NCBI RefSeq assembly: GCF_018350175.1
Contig: NC_058368.1
Location: 71,674,001-71,738,000 of the forward strand
Length of the DNA: 64,000 nucleotides
From: Felis catus
Lineage: Eukaryota
Direction: 5' to 3'
A program made the translations under genes and the position numbers. Numbering within the stretch: the stretch's first letter is position 1; the number at the start of each line of letters is the position of its first letter. The notes beneath the pieces were generated by a model. It saw only the letters and a list, made by a program, of their open reading frames with translations. It searched no databases and was not told where the DNA came from. This document shows positions 1-12,010 of the stretch, piece after piece.

Positions 1-290
1 CTAAATGAAAGAAACTAGTCACAAAAAGACAAATACTGTATGATTCCACTTACATGAGGTACCTAGAATAGTCAAATTCATAGAGACAGAGAGTAGCATG
101 GCGGTTGCTAGGGGCAGGGGGAGTGTAGGGGGTTGCTGTCTAATGGGTACACAGTTTCAGTTTTACAAGAAGTAACAGTTTTGGAGGTATGTTGTACAAC
201 ACTGAATATACTTAACACTATTGAACTGTATACTTAAAAATGGTTAAGATGGTAAAGTTTATGTTATTTTTTTAACCACAATAAAAATTA
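1..290 (+). mobile_element. Old LINE-1 3' end (L1MB-like)
   Basis: aaatactgtatgattccacttacatgaggtacctagaatagtcaaattcatagagacaga...acttaaaaatggttaagatggtaaa. Confidence 0.8.
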
Positions 291-736
291 TTTTTTAAAT
301 GATGTAACTTGTGAGCTTTCATAATAATGCAAGATCGTCACACTGATTAATTATGGACTGTGCTACAGATAGCCTATGCAGTCTGCTGCCCAGAGCTGAA
401 TCTGTATCGTGCCTCAGGAGTTACTCTAGAGTATGCTTTCTTAAACAAATATATAGGATATGTTAGGATTCAGCTGCTAATGGAAAAAGTGGAACTTCAC
501 ATCTTTTGGTACATAATATGTGCTATTACCATCAGAGAATTGTAAGATGTGAAAGCTGGAAGAAACTTATAAAATAAAAGGTAATCAAACTAAATGATTT
601 ACCTAAGGTCATATGGATAGTAATTATGAACAGAGCTGGAAAGAGAAAACATCTCCTGATTCCCCCTATAATCCTCTTATACAACCAACTCAGCTCTCCA
701 GAATTCCTCACCTCTGAACTTCACTATTTAATACGC

Positions 737-754
737 TGCCACCAGGGGGCAGCA
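737..754 (+). promoter_or_regulatory. CTCF binding motif
   Basis: TGCCACCAGGGGGCAGCA is a near-consensus CTCF core. Confidence 0.75.
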
Positions 755-1640
755 GGTGTATTAGTCTGGTATTCTAAAACCCCAATTTAAGACCCCAATA
801 CCCGTCTATTATCCCTTCCTCCACTTCCCCATATATATGCACATTTATAGGACCTTATTAATGTCAACAGGAATAAAGTTTAAAGAACATCTATAATAAT
901 TTTTTTAAACAAAATAAGGACTTGGGTCCAATGGAGGTAACAACCTTACTAATCCTTCATTATTTTTTATTTATTCCAATCCAAATTCCAATCCAACTAC
1001 TGCATTAGTTTTAAACCAAAAATGACTTAGCTACAGAAACTCATCCCATTTCTATACATTTTGAACTACATTTCCCTAATATTTGGCCTCTTAGGTTTCA
1101 TACCACAACAACCCCTGAAGCCCATCTGGCAACTTGTCCTCCATCTTTTTTCTTCACATCAGGCTCAGTTCTTCTTTCTAATGCCCCTGCATTACAAAGG
1201 AAGGTCTGTCAACAAGTCTAAGCAACTTTTCAGAAAGGAAACAGGGAGATTCTAGATGACAGTAATTTCCACTGTTCAAATGATACTACCAACCTGAAGC
1301 TCAAACTACGGCAGCTAATGGGTGAGACTTGATAGGGCCATCTCATAGCAATGACCTGTGCACCCTGAGACTTCCCACAGTTTCATCTAATTCAAGGAGT
1401 GAGGGACAACAACATTAGCAGTGACATTTAGGTACTTTAATCTAGGAAGCAACTGCACACTTTCAAGCAATAGAGACCAGTGACTATGGTCCCTAAGTCA
1501 TCCAAAAAGAGGCATATGATCTTTATTTCACAAATTTCAAATGGTTTTCTTCCCTGAGCTTAATACGGTTAAATTAAAAAAAAAGTATTTAAAGGCAAGT
1601 TTTCACTACTGCTTCAGATACATGGGAGCAGTCCATTTTT

Positions 1641-1869
1641 ATTTTATTATTTTTTATTTTTAAAATTTTTAAGTTTATTTATTTATTTTGAGAGATAGAG
1701 AGAGCACAAGTTGGGAAGAGACAGAGAGAAGGAGAGATGGAATCCCAAGCAGGCTCTGCACCATCAGCGCAGAGCCCGATGTGGGGCTCAGACTCACAAA
1801 CTGTGAGATCATGACCTGAGCTGAGATCAAGAGTCAGACGCTTAAGCAACTACACCACCCAGGCACCCC
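1641..1869 (-). mobile_element. Can-SINE
   Basis: tRNA-derived head, CT tract, A tail; TSD ggagcagtccattttta. Confidence 0.92.
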
Positions 1870-2354
1870 AGGAGCAGTCCATTTTTAAACTACAACAGTG
1901 TTCACTGTAGTTAAAAGGCATTCAAAGAAATTACTCTTTACTTACGTCCAGTTGTCTCATGTAACTTACTATTCACTGAACAATCTAATCTAGCATAAAA
2001 TTGATGGCAAAAGCAGTCATGGCACTATCGGTTACTATTTGTAAAATAGGAATGAGACACACACAAGATGCATATAATGAAGGGATCACTGCAAAACGCA
2101 TCCTGCATTCAGACACTATTCTGTTAATCTTTGCCAAATATGATGATTCAACTAGTGAGACTTAAGAAAGTCTCCTACCTAAATAACATTCTGGTTTTAA
2201 TTATTTTCCATAGAGAATATTTACCACATTTAAATATGGAATATCACCAGAAAACCAGAAATAATTATTTTTATAACAGGTATATAAAATAAATTTAATT
2301 ATTAAAATGGTCTATTGTGCTCAAAAATCTGAAATTAAATAATTAAAAAAAAAA

Positions 2355-2954
2355 CACACCTATTAGGTGGGCTCAAATAAAAAAAAAAAACTGATAGTAT
2401 CAAGTGCTGACAAAAATATGGAGCAACTGGAACTCTCGCACATAGGTGGCTGAGATGCAAAATGGTCGGGATACAGCCACTCTAGAAAAGTTTAGCAGTT
2501 TCTTCAAAAGTTAAGTACACACTTACCATATTACCCAGCCATTTTGCTCCTGGGGATTTGCTCTAAAAAGATGAAAAATTTCGACCACATAAAAACCTAT
2601 GTACAAATATTTATAGCAGCTTTACTCACAATCTCCCCAAACTGTAAAGAGTCCAATATCCTTCAACAGTGAATATACATAAACTGGGGTATGTCCGGAA
2701 GATGGAGTACACTACCCGGCAATAAAAAGAATACACACATGGAAGAACCTCAAAGACGCTGTCTGAGTGAAAGAAGGTAGTCTCAAAGGTTGCAAACTAT
2801 TTAATTTCATTTATGTGACATTCTAGAAAAGGTAAAACTTATCAAGATGGAAACCAGATCAAAGGTTGCAGCAATTAGGGGAAGAGTGAGGGTTTGACTT
2901 ACAATGGGTCAGAATGAGGGACGTTTTGGTCCTCTAGTAGTTTTTGTTTTCTGG

Positions 2955-2987
<33 letters not shown>

Positions 2988-3110
2988 GTGATGGAAATGC
3001 TCTGTAATGTAAAAGGACTGTGATGATGGTTACATGATTTAATCAACTTTAAAACTCAGAATTATACAACAAAAAAGGCCAATTTTACTTTATATAAATT
3101 CTAATAATAG
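2355..3110 (+). mobile_element. Old LINE-1 3' fragment (L1MC/MD-like)
   Basis: gagcaactggaactctc...tttagcagtttct...ttcatttatgtgacattctagaaaaggtaaaac. Confidence 0.7.
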
Positions 3111-3347
3111 TGAATGAAAGTATGAGAGTATGTGACTACTCTAAAACAGAGTTAAAAATAAGAGGGAAAAGTAATAAGAGAACTCTGAATTAAGCTAATG
3201 CCTGGAATACATCAATTATTTATTAAAAGAGACTTAGGAGATGTATAAATCAAATACAATGAGTGGGCTTTGTTTTGACCCTGGTTTGAATAAATCAACT
3301 GCACATACCTTTTTAGGCAAATGGGGATATTTTAATACAGTATTAGA

Positions 3348-3387
3348 ATCTATAGCAATACCACCCTGAATACGCCCAATCTCATCT
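3348..3387 (+). pseudogene. 5S rRNA 5' fragment (nt 1-40), tailless retropseudogene
   Basis: 32/40 identity to the vertebrate 5S 5' end, mismatches mostly CpG transitions; flanked by an imperfect 14-bp direct repeat. Confidence 0.8.
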
Positions 3388-3811
3388 AAATACATTATTG
3401 GAAGATATTAAGGATTTTTTGTTCATTGTTAGGAAGGACTGTAGTTTTTTAAACTAAACTTAAAAAAAAAATCGTACTAAAATAGTGATAAAATGGCACA
3501 GTTTCTGGTATTGGCTTCAGAATTCTTCAGAAGTAAGCAAATAAACAAAAACTCAAAAAAAAAAAAACAAAAAACAAAGGGAGAAGGGCTAATGGAACAA
3601 GTGTGGCAAAGCCAGGATGGTGCATGCATTTCTGATGCTGTGTTGCTTCATGAAGGTTTACTGTATTCTACTTTTGAGTATGGCTGGAAACATTCATAAT
3701 AAAACACTGACAGAGAGGGAAAAAAACAAACAAAAAACCAGTGACTTCGTCTTTGTAAATACTCCCCAAAATGCCATTTAACTGTTTTTTATTCACTTAT
3801 AAGATACACTA

Positions 3812-4146
3812 CAGTTGACCTTTGAACAATGCCGGGGTTGGGGGCGTGCCAACACCCTGTATTTGAAATATTAGAGTATACCTTCTGACTCCCAAAACTT
3901 AACTACTAATAGCTTCATGTTGTCCAGAAACCTTAGTGATAGCATGTGTCAATTAGCACATATTTTGTATGCTGTATGTATTATATACTGTATTCTTACA
4001 ATAAAGTAAGCTAGAAAAAAGAAAATGTTATTTAGAAAATCTTGAGGAAGAAAAAATACATTTATAACACTGTATTTATTTTTTTAATAAGGCTGCATAT
4101 AAGCGGACTCACACAGTTCAAACCCATGTTGTTCAAAAGTCAACTG
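3812..4146. mobile_element. Tigger2-like (TcMar) MITE
   Basis: TIRs cagttgacctttgaacaa ... ttgttcaaaagtcaactg; TA on the left flank. Confidence 0.8.
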
Positions 4147-5099
4147 TGATTTCTCCTTATAGTTTTTATTAGGCTTTTATAATCTGTATCTAACTTTATA
4201 GAAAACCAAATTGAGGCAGAAAGAGTAATTTAAAACAGGCAGTTGTGATTCTTCTCACAAATAAGGGCTCAATAATGGCATGAGAAATGGCTTAAAGACT
4301 GTTTTTCAAATCTCATTTAATACTCATAAATTAGTAAAACCAACCTAAGATGTAGAAATATTAATGATTTTCACGAACTTCTCTGCTGCATACTCCTAAG
4401 TGCAGGTGACAACAGCAGGAGGAGGTAATTAATACTCAAAAGTTTAAAAACAGATGCAGTAAATATGAACACAAGGAGAATCAGAATAGGAGAAGTTCTT
4501 ATTTATTCTTTGTCACTCCAATTTATTCTGACATAACTCAAAATATCAGAGTCCCAAAAACACTGTCAACCGACTGGAAATTTCTTTCTTACTGGTGGCC
4601 TATTATGTGGAAGATACTATGGGGGAATTAAAAGGGGAAGGTGTGGTTCTCATCTAAACAGAGTTAATATATGAGAAAATACTAAATATTTTAGCATGAA
4701 TTCTGTTTAAAATAGTCTGACAGTGTTTAAGGCTAGTGGGCAAAGACAATTACACAGGCAAAAATAGCAGAGAAAATAAAGGTTAAAGAGCTGCAGCGGG
4801 AAAAGCCTCCTGCACAGGCAGGAGTGACCTGTGGGAAGGGTGGGGCACAGGAGTGGATCAGGGTTCTGACAGCTGTTCAGTGGAGCTCCCAACGATGGGG
4901 GACATCTCGCATGCAGGCCTGTCTCCTGTCAACCAGAAGCCTCTCTCCCCAATGCTGAAGGAGAGGCCCCAAGAGTCTCAAGTCACCGCCTCAGCATGGA
5001 AGAGCAGAGGCACCACACCCTGGAAATTATTAGCGCCTGGTAGTAACTGACTGTCCCAAATGTCTGACCCTGAAGCGCCTACTGCAGCACAAGGTGAGG

Positions 5100-5580
5100 T
5101 GACTCAATAAAGGCCTCCCAAAGGTCCCCAGGGCCTGTGAACATGTTACCTTGCATGGCATAAGGGACTTGACTGATGTGATTAATGTTAAGGGCCTTAA
5201 AATGCAGAAATTATCCTGGATTATCCAAATGGGCCCAATCTAATGAACATGAGTCCTCAAAACTGGAGGAGCTTTCCTGGCTGGGAGCAGAGGGAGAACT
5301 GTGACCATGGTGGAAGGGACAAAGGGACGAAATGCTATCTCTCAAGGTGGAGGGAGGGGGCCCGTGAACCAAGGAATGTGGGCAGCCTCTGGAAGTGGGA
5401 AAAGGCTAGAAAACAGACACTTCCCAGCATCTCCAAGAGGGGACACAGCCTCACTGATGCCCTGATTTCAGCCCAGTGAGACCCGTGTTGACTTCTGACC
5501 TAAAGAACCATAAGACAAGTATCTGCGTTGTTTTAAGCCACGAAGTTGGTGACACCTTGTTCTGGTGGCACTAGGAAACA
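5100..5580 (+). mobile_element. MaLR solo LTR (MLT1D-like)
   Basis: atgttaccttgcatggca...ttatcctggattatcc..gggcccaatcta...gttgttttaagccac. Confidence 0.75.
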
Positions 5581-5677
5581 CCTCTCCTAGTCTCTAGGCC
5601 TTGGCCTGTGACCCCACCACCCTCTCACTTCACCAATGAAGGGCACTTTCATTCGATTTGAAAGACAAGATGTTCCT

Positions 5678-5838
5678 GGGGCACCTGGGTGACTCAGTCA
5701 GTTGAGTATCAGACTTGATTTCATCTCAGGTCGTGATCCCAGGGTCATGGGATTGAGAACCTTGTCAGGTTCCATGCTGAGCAAGAATCTGCTTAAGATT
5801 CTCTCTGTCCCTCTCCCCCATTCGCATTCTCTCTCTCT

Positions 5839-5870
<32 letters not shown>
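5678..5870 (+). mobile_element. Can-SINE
   Basis: Head ggggcacctgggtg, poly-A; TSD aaagacaagat(g/a)ttcc. Confidence 0.92.
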
Positions 5871-5873
<3 letters not shown>

Positions 5874-6049
5874 CAAGATATTCCACATACCACATCTCTG
5901 CTCAAAGGTCTTTTCCTCTGAAAAGTGCTCCCAAATGTCCTTAACCAGCCCAGGGCAGGTCAGGACCCCCACTCCATACACTCATTCACTCCTACACCTC
6001 TCCACCTCAGTGTCTGCCTGACTACAGTTATTCTCCTCCTTCAGAGCTT

Positions 6050-6260
6050 ACATTTACTGAGCAACTACTAAACGCTTAATGCCATGCGAAGGAATTTTCA
6101 TGGGTTTTCTCATCCAATCCTTCCAACTACTCTATCAGGTAGACATAATTATTATCCCTCATTTTTTTAAATTAGAAAAGTCAAAATCACCCAACTAGTA
6201 AGGGCAGAGCCGTGATCTGAAGCCAGGTAGTCTGACACAGGAGTTGTTGCCCTTGACCGT
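6050..6260 (-). mobile_element. MIR fragment
   Basis: catttactgagcaactact...attatccctcattt...gaagccaggtagtctgac. Confidence 0.55.
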
Positions 6261-6818
6261 AACATTAATATCTGCCTCCTATGTGAGAAATCTAAGTTCC
6301 AAGATCCTGTGTACTGATTAACACAACACACCCCAGTGTTCAACACAGAGAAACTTACTAGTTGCTGAATATGAACAAATGGGGACAAAGATGATTTTCC
6401 CCTACTATTCTTTTTTTTTTTTTTAAAGAAAATTTCTTATTATCAGAAGTCAAATATCTACAGAGGTAGAATAATGGTACAATGATCCCCCAAATACCCA
6501 AATCCCAATTTCAACACTTATCAATGTAGGGCCAATCTTAACACCAACATTTAATCAATTCAATGTTACATTATCTAGTAGAAAGAGCCCCCTTTATTAC
6601 TCTTCTTTTACAGGATTCCATGTTCCTAGTTATCACATGTTCATTTACCTGTGTTAAGACTTTTTAAAAAAACAATCTTGAAATGGGCAAGTCTTTCTAA
6701 GCAAAACAAAAAGCAAGGGAACTATAAAGGAGAAATTGATAACTTTTTTCCTATATAATATTTAAATTTTCTGCAGAGCATAAATATTATAAACAAAATA
6801 CAAAAAGTGAGGGAAACA

Positions 6819-6946
6819 GGGAGCACCAGGGGGATCAGTCAGTTAAGCATCCGACTCTTGATTTCGGCTCAGGTCATGATCTCAATCGGTTTGTGAGTTT
6901 GAGCCCCGTGTCGGGCTCCACACTGACAATTTGGAGCCTGCTTGGG

Positions 6947-7034
<88 letters not shown>

Positions 7035-7090
7035 CCTCCCATGTGTGCACTTACTCTCTCTCTTAAAATAAACATTAAAAAATTTTTTTA
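6819..7090 (+). mobile_element. Can-SINE with expanded (CT)n, inside an L1 fragment
   Basis: SINE body with long CT tract; TSD gggaaacag. Confidence 0.9.
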
Positions 7091-7353
7091 ATGGGGGAAA
7101 CAGCTGTAACATATATGACAAACGATTAGTATGTATTTCCAATGTATAAAGAATTCTTACAAATCAATAAGAAAAAGGCCAATACCACGTTATCTGGAAA
7201 AATGGGTACAGGGATGAACAGAGAGTTTCACCTACTAATCTTAAACATGAGAAAAGCAAGGACTTCCAAGTGACACTGTCAAGATACTTCCTCTGGTACT
7301 CTAGGATTTAGGAGTAAGACGCACTCCAGAACAAAGGAAAAAACAATTCTTAC

Positions 7354-7527
7354 CCGTAGACTTGTTTCTTCAAAACCCGGTCACCTTGGAGTCCAGCACC
7401 ATAGTAAGTGTGAGAGCCTACAAAGCTTTTGACTTCAGAATCCTTCCTAATGGGACGCCGGGATAAGTATCCCCACCTCACAGTGTGACCAGTAGCCCAT
7501 GAACCAGGTGTCCTTCTCTCAGTCCTG
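7354..7527 (-). other. Candidate second non-coding 5' UTR exon of the CpG-island gene (GGACT?)
   Basis: Long pyrimidine tract TTTCTTCACTCATCTTTCTCTTCATCCCCCCAG(CAG); donor CGG|GTAAGA, alternative AAG|GTGACC at 7385; unique sequence between repeats. Confidence 0.5.
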
Positions 7528-7922
7528 CTGGGGGGATGAAGAGAAAGATGAGTGAAGAAAAGTTGAGTGTTTCAGAGACAAAGAGCTTAAAAACAAAAGC
7601 AAACCACCCAGCCCCTGCTAGATGGCATCTGAAACCCTGGGTCTGGGCCCAAGAAGGAAGGTATTTCCATTCAGTGGGAAAATGTGGTCCACATTTCCCA
7701 AGGGTCTTGAACAGAGGAGGGTGTCCACTGACCTGGCAGAAGGATTCAAAGTAGTCAACACCCTTGAGAAATAGCACCCATATCCTCTTCAAGTAAGGAA
7801 AATAAGATGAGAAAAAGGTGTATTCTCAGCCATCAGGCAAAGCCAGTTTAGGAATATTGAGCCTCTTGGATGAGGGTTTATGAGTCTTTTGAAATCATAA
7901 ATTTGTATTAAAAAACAATTCA

Positions 7923-8130
7923 GGGGCACCTGGGTGGCTTAGTTGGTTAAGTATCCAACTCTTGATTTTGGCTCAGGTCTTGATCTCATGGTTCATGAGG
8001 CCAAGCTCCATGTTGGGCTCTGTGCTGACAGCTTAGAGCCTGCTTGGGATTCTCTCTCTCCCTCTCTCTCTGTCCCTCCCTGCTCACATGCACTCTCTCT
8101 CTAAATAAATAAATAAACTTAAAAAAAAAA
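7923..8130 (+). mobile_element. Can-SINE
   Basis: ggggcacctgggtggct head, aataaa/A tail. Confidence 0.92.
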
Positions 8131-8398
8131 ATCAAACCACCTCTGAAGTTTACCTGCCAAAAATGGAGAAATGGAACCTAATTAACCTAAGCCTTTAGAA
8201 CTAACTTCCAGTTTACAGGAAATACAGGGGATAGAGGAGCAAGCTAAACCACACCATACAAAAAGCCAAATAAATCCAGAATGTGAGGCATCTACAGGCA
8301 ACCAAGGGCCACCAGTAAATCACTGGGGCTGTGATAGACCAGGGTCAACCCTGGTTTAAGACCAGCCTGCCAGTGAAGTTTCAAACAAAAAGTCATGA

Positions 8399-8615
8399 GG
8401 GGCGCCTGGGTGGCTCAGTCATTTGGATATCTGACTTCAGCTCAGGTCATGATCTCACACTCCGTGAGTTCAAGCCCCGCATTGGGCTCTGTGCTGACAG
8501 CTCAGGGCCTGGAGCCTGCTTCTGATTCTGTGTCTCCCTCTCTCTCTGCCCCTCCCCCACTCGTGCTCTGTCTCTCTCTGTCTCAGAAATAAACATTAAA
8601 AAAAATTTTTTTTTA
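8399..8615 (+). mobile_element. Can-SINE (SINEC_Fc-like)
   Basis: Full body; TSD aagtcatga. Confidence 0.92.
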
Positions 8616-10462
8616 AGTCATGAAAACAAAAGTATATTGGAATGCACCCATGCTCATTCATGTACACACATCATCTATAGCTACCTTTTGGGGATCACAC
8701 AGTTGGGTAGTTGCAACTGAGACCACATGGCCCTCAAAGCCTAAAGGAGTTAGTATCTGGCCCCCCCCCCTTTTTTTTTTTTACAAAGTCTGCTGAACCC
8801 CTGTCCTAAATTAAGACACAACAGATATTTGTGGATCTTGTATGGATTCCAATTCACACAAACTAACAGTAAAAGTAAGGACATTTTTGAGGCAATCAAG
8901 GAACTTTGTGGACTGGGTCTTAGAAACCATTGTGGAATTATTGCCAATATGATCAGGAGGTGACAACGGTGTTAAGGTTATACAGGAAAAAGCCCTTTTG
9001 TTGGAGGCGCATAATGCACTATTTAAGGGTGACCTGATACGGTGTCTGGAATTGAAACTGCTTCTGACAACGAAGAAGATGAAGCAGATGTGGCCAAAGA
9101 AACTGCTTTAACAAACTGTCCAATCTATTTGATAGATATGTGGAAGTTCACTGTACTATCCCTCTGCTTTTGCATTTGCTTTAATAAAAAAGAGAAAAAG
9201 TAGAGTCTTCTCTTCAGGCACGCCCCCCCCCCCCCCCCCTTCACTCCTTCTTACACGGAGTTCCTCTCTCTCTAGGTCTGGTGCTAACAGTTAAGACCCT
9301 GGTGAGCAAGGTCAATTAGTCCAAAATATCTCCGAACAAAAATCCACCAATTAGAAATTAATTTAACCTCACAAACTCGGCTTTTGAAATACAAATGCTC
9401 TCTACCAGGGTAGTCTGCTTATTCAGGAACTTCTAGCTTCTCTGGGGAGCCAGTTCAGGAAAACAAGGCATTTTGGGAAAATAAGGGCAAACTGCAGGAG
9501 CTCCCCATATTGGCATTTCAATAAAGTGAATGAGACCGGGGAGAACAGTCTTCAGTTATAGGAAAAAGTACAGACGGACTGACGGTGTGCGACCTACACC
9601 TCATATAGGTCAACCCAACAGATTTAGAGATGTCCTTTAGTTTTTAACACGTGATTTCTCCCTAGGACAGGTGGCAAAACGAAGTATCTGCTTTTCAAAA
9701 AGTGGCTGCAAGTCTCAGGAGTTTTCTGATCAGTTCAATATTAACAAAGCAAGCTTGGAGTCAAGAAGGTATGTTGTTTTTTTGTTTGTTTTTTTTTTTA
9801 ACCACGCGCCTATTCAGGGTTTCAAGTGCAGTTACGGAGTTATTTCTGGCCAATACAGTGAAATAGCAATAAGCCAGACTTCGGAATCAAGGGAGCAGGA
9901 GAAATTCCTCCCTGAGAGTCACATGTGTCACTAACAGCTCCAAAGAAACCTAAGGTCATAAAGTGACAAATGCCAGAAATTTTCAGATTGCTCTGGCAGC
10001 TTTCAGTTTCCTCACAAACAGGAACCTGTGAAATTAAAAGCAGCATTTTTGAGCACGGCTACCTTCGTTCACCTGAGAGATCCTTTTCAAACGACCTCCG
10101 GGATAATCATCGCTCTTTGCTTATTAGGAACCGGCAGCGTCCACACCTGCAGGCAGTCCCTAACTTTTCCCGCCCTCGCCAACTCTGACGGGGGCACCCG
10201 CGTCACGCCGCGCGCAGCGGCTCTGGGAGCGCGTTTCGCGGCCCGATGTCCCCTCCTCGCCGGCTGGTCCCGCAGGCCGCCCGCGGCCCCTTCACGGCCA
10301 CGCTCGGTCCCCGGCCTCCCCTCCCCGTCCCCGGCTGCCGCGGGCAGCGCACTCGACCCGGACGCAACGCGCCCCGCAGGGAGCGACGCCCGAGTCCCCA
10401 GAACCCCCGCGCGGAGGGAGCGGGGACAGGAGCCCCGACTCGCCCCGCTTCCAGCGCCTCAC

Positions 10463-10560
10463 CTGCCGCAGAGCGCGGCGCCGTCGGGGAGAGAGGACCA
10501 GGCAGCGAGCGGAAATCCCCGGCGAGACTGGCGCCGCCGCCCCAGGAGGCCGCCCCCGGC
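10463..10560 (-). other. GGACT: Putative non-coding first exon of GGACT (TSS position uncertain)
   Basis: Strong donor GCAG|GTGAGG at 10463/10462 inside the CpG island. Confidence 0.6.
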
Positions 10561-10578
10561 GGCGCCCCCTGGAGGCGG
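10561..10578 (-). promoter_or_regulatory. CTCF binding motif in the CpG island
   Basis: Minus strand CCGCCTCCAGGGGGCGCC. Confidence 0.6.
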
Positions 10579-11729
10579 GACGCGGTACCCGCCCGCTCCG
10601 ACCTCGCCCACACCTGGGCACGCGCCGGGAACCACGCCGCCGTGCACACCTGGGGCGCCCCGCCGCGGACGCTAATGTCCTAACGCGTCCCGCCCGGGAC
10701 CTCGTATCCGGCTCGAGTCTGTGTGGGACCCAGACGCACTTGGGGGACACACCATAGCTACACACACAGAAATGAGCCCACACCGGGGAATGCCTCCTGG
10801 AGGACGCATGGACACATCACCAAAGCCTCACACTGGAGCATCACAATCGGCGCTGGTACCATACTGGATGCAGATAATCATATAGTCTTGATACCAATTC
10901 TCCCTTTTAAAATAAAACAGTGGGTGTAGGAGACAGTGAAAGAAATGACTTCCCTTCTGTCCTCTGGCTCCTAGAACTAAACTTGAGGCCCAGAAATTAG
11001 AAGAGTGAAGACCAAAAGCTGAAGGAGAATTTTTCTCTAGAGATTTTGTTCATTCTGGGTTGAAGCAATGCTACTTTGGGGACCCAGGTGACAAGAGCAC
11101 AGAGATAGAGGGCCACTTCTGTCACCTCTCCCCAAAGACACAAATACATAAGTAGTTATTGGAATAGCAGTAACCCCCTTAATCATTTTCTGCCCCTTCC
11201 ACTTTCTCATGTATGTGGACTATTTGAAATCTTACTACAATTTGATTTTTATTTGAACGATTCCAATAGTATAGATGTGGTCGTGTTTTGAATGGATGTA
11301 TATAGATTTCCAAAAGAAATCTTTAGGACCAGATTCATAAGCCATAATTTATTTCAAAGAGATTTCTTCCCAAGATTTGTTTTGGGAAGTTCATGATTAA
11401 ATTAAAATATATTGAAAATCTTGTCTAGCATGTATTTTTAACATCATTTTAAAAGAGTAGCAGTAATCATCTTAATTTTTTTTTTAAATGAAGAACGATT
11501 CTTTTCCTTTTTGAGGGAGGATGATCATGTTGGCAAAGGAAAATGAGCCAAATGCATGAATACATAATTCCTCTGGTGAAGGAAAATTAAAGATGATTAC
11601 AAGGTGAGTGTTCAATTGCATTTAATGGCAGGTAAGGCTGGAGAGTTTGATTCAACATAGAGTAGGCTCTGTGGGATGAACTCTTCAGCTAACTCTCAAA
11701 AAACGACTTATAGACAAATGGTTCAAAGT

Positions 11730-12010
11730 AGTAGTTTTCAAAATGTGACCTCAGCCCAGCAGTATCAGGAGCACCTAGGAATTTAGAAATGCAAAATCTT
11801 AGGTCACACCTGAGATCTTCTGAACCACCAATTCTAGGCGTGGAGCCTAGCATTTTAACTAGTGTTTATGATGCCTTTCAAGTTTGAAAACCATGATTTA
11901 GTGAAGAATTGCTCCAGTGTTTCTCAAACAGAATTGTGTACGTGAAACAACTGAAGATCTAGGTTAAAAATGCAGATTCTGGTTCGGGTAGACTGGAGTA
12001 GAATCTAGAT
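11730..12010. mobile_element. MER5-type hAT MITE fragments
   Basis: gttttcaaaatgtg...agaaatgcaaa..., aaaatgcagattctgg motifs. Confidence 0.55.

Larger units (their letters stand above)
10180..10720. promoter_or_regulatory. GGACT: CpG island promoter, probably of GGACT (minus strand)
   Basis: Very GC- and CpG-rich block with GC boxes and an ETS-like CGGAAA at ~10510. The gene name is inferred only from the remembered PCCA-GGACT-TMTC4 gene order. Confidence 0.75.

Noticed and set aside
1885..1916. Small imperfect palindrome aactac(aac)agtg-tt-cactgtagtt
   Set aside because: Too short to distinguish from chance; no precursor-like hairpin
8395..8592. Recurrent ORFs of the type MRGAWVAQSVKRLTSAQVMIS... 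across the window
   Set aside because: Translations of Can-SINE consensus, not genes
10028..10783. Overlapping 145-215 aa ORFs on both strands
   Set aside because: Pro/Arg/Ala/Gly-rich by-products of stop-codon scarcity in a CpG island; no recognisable domain
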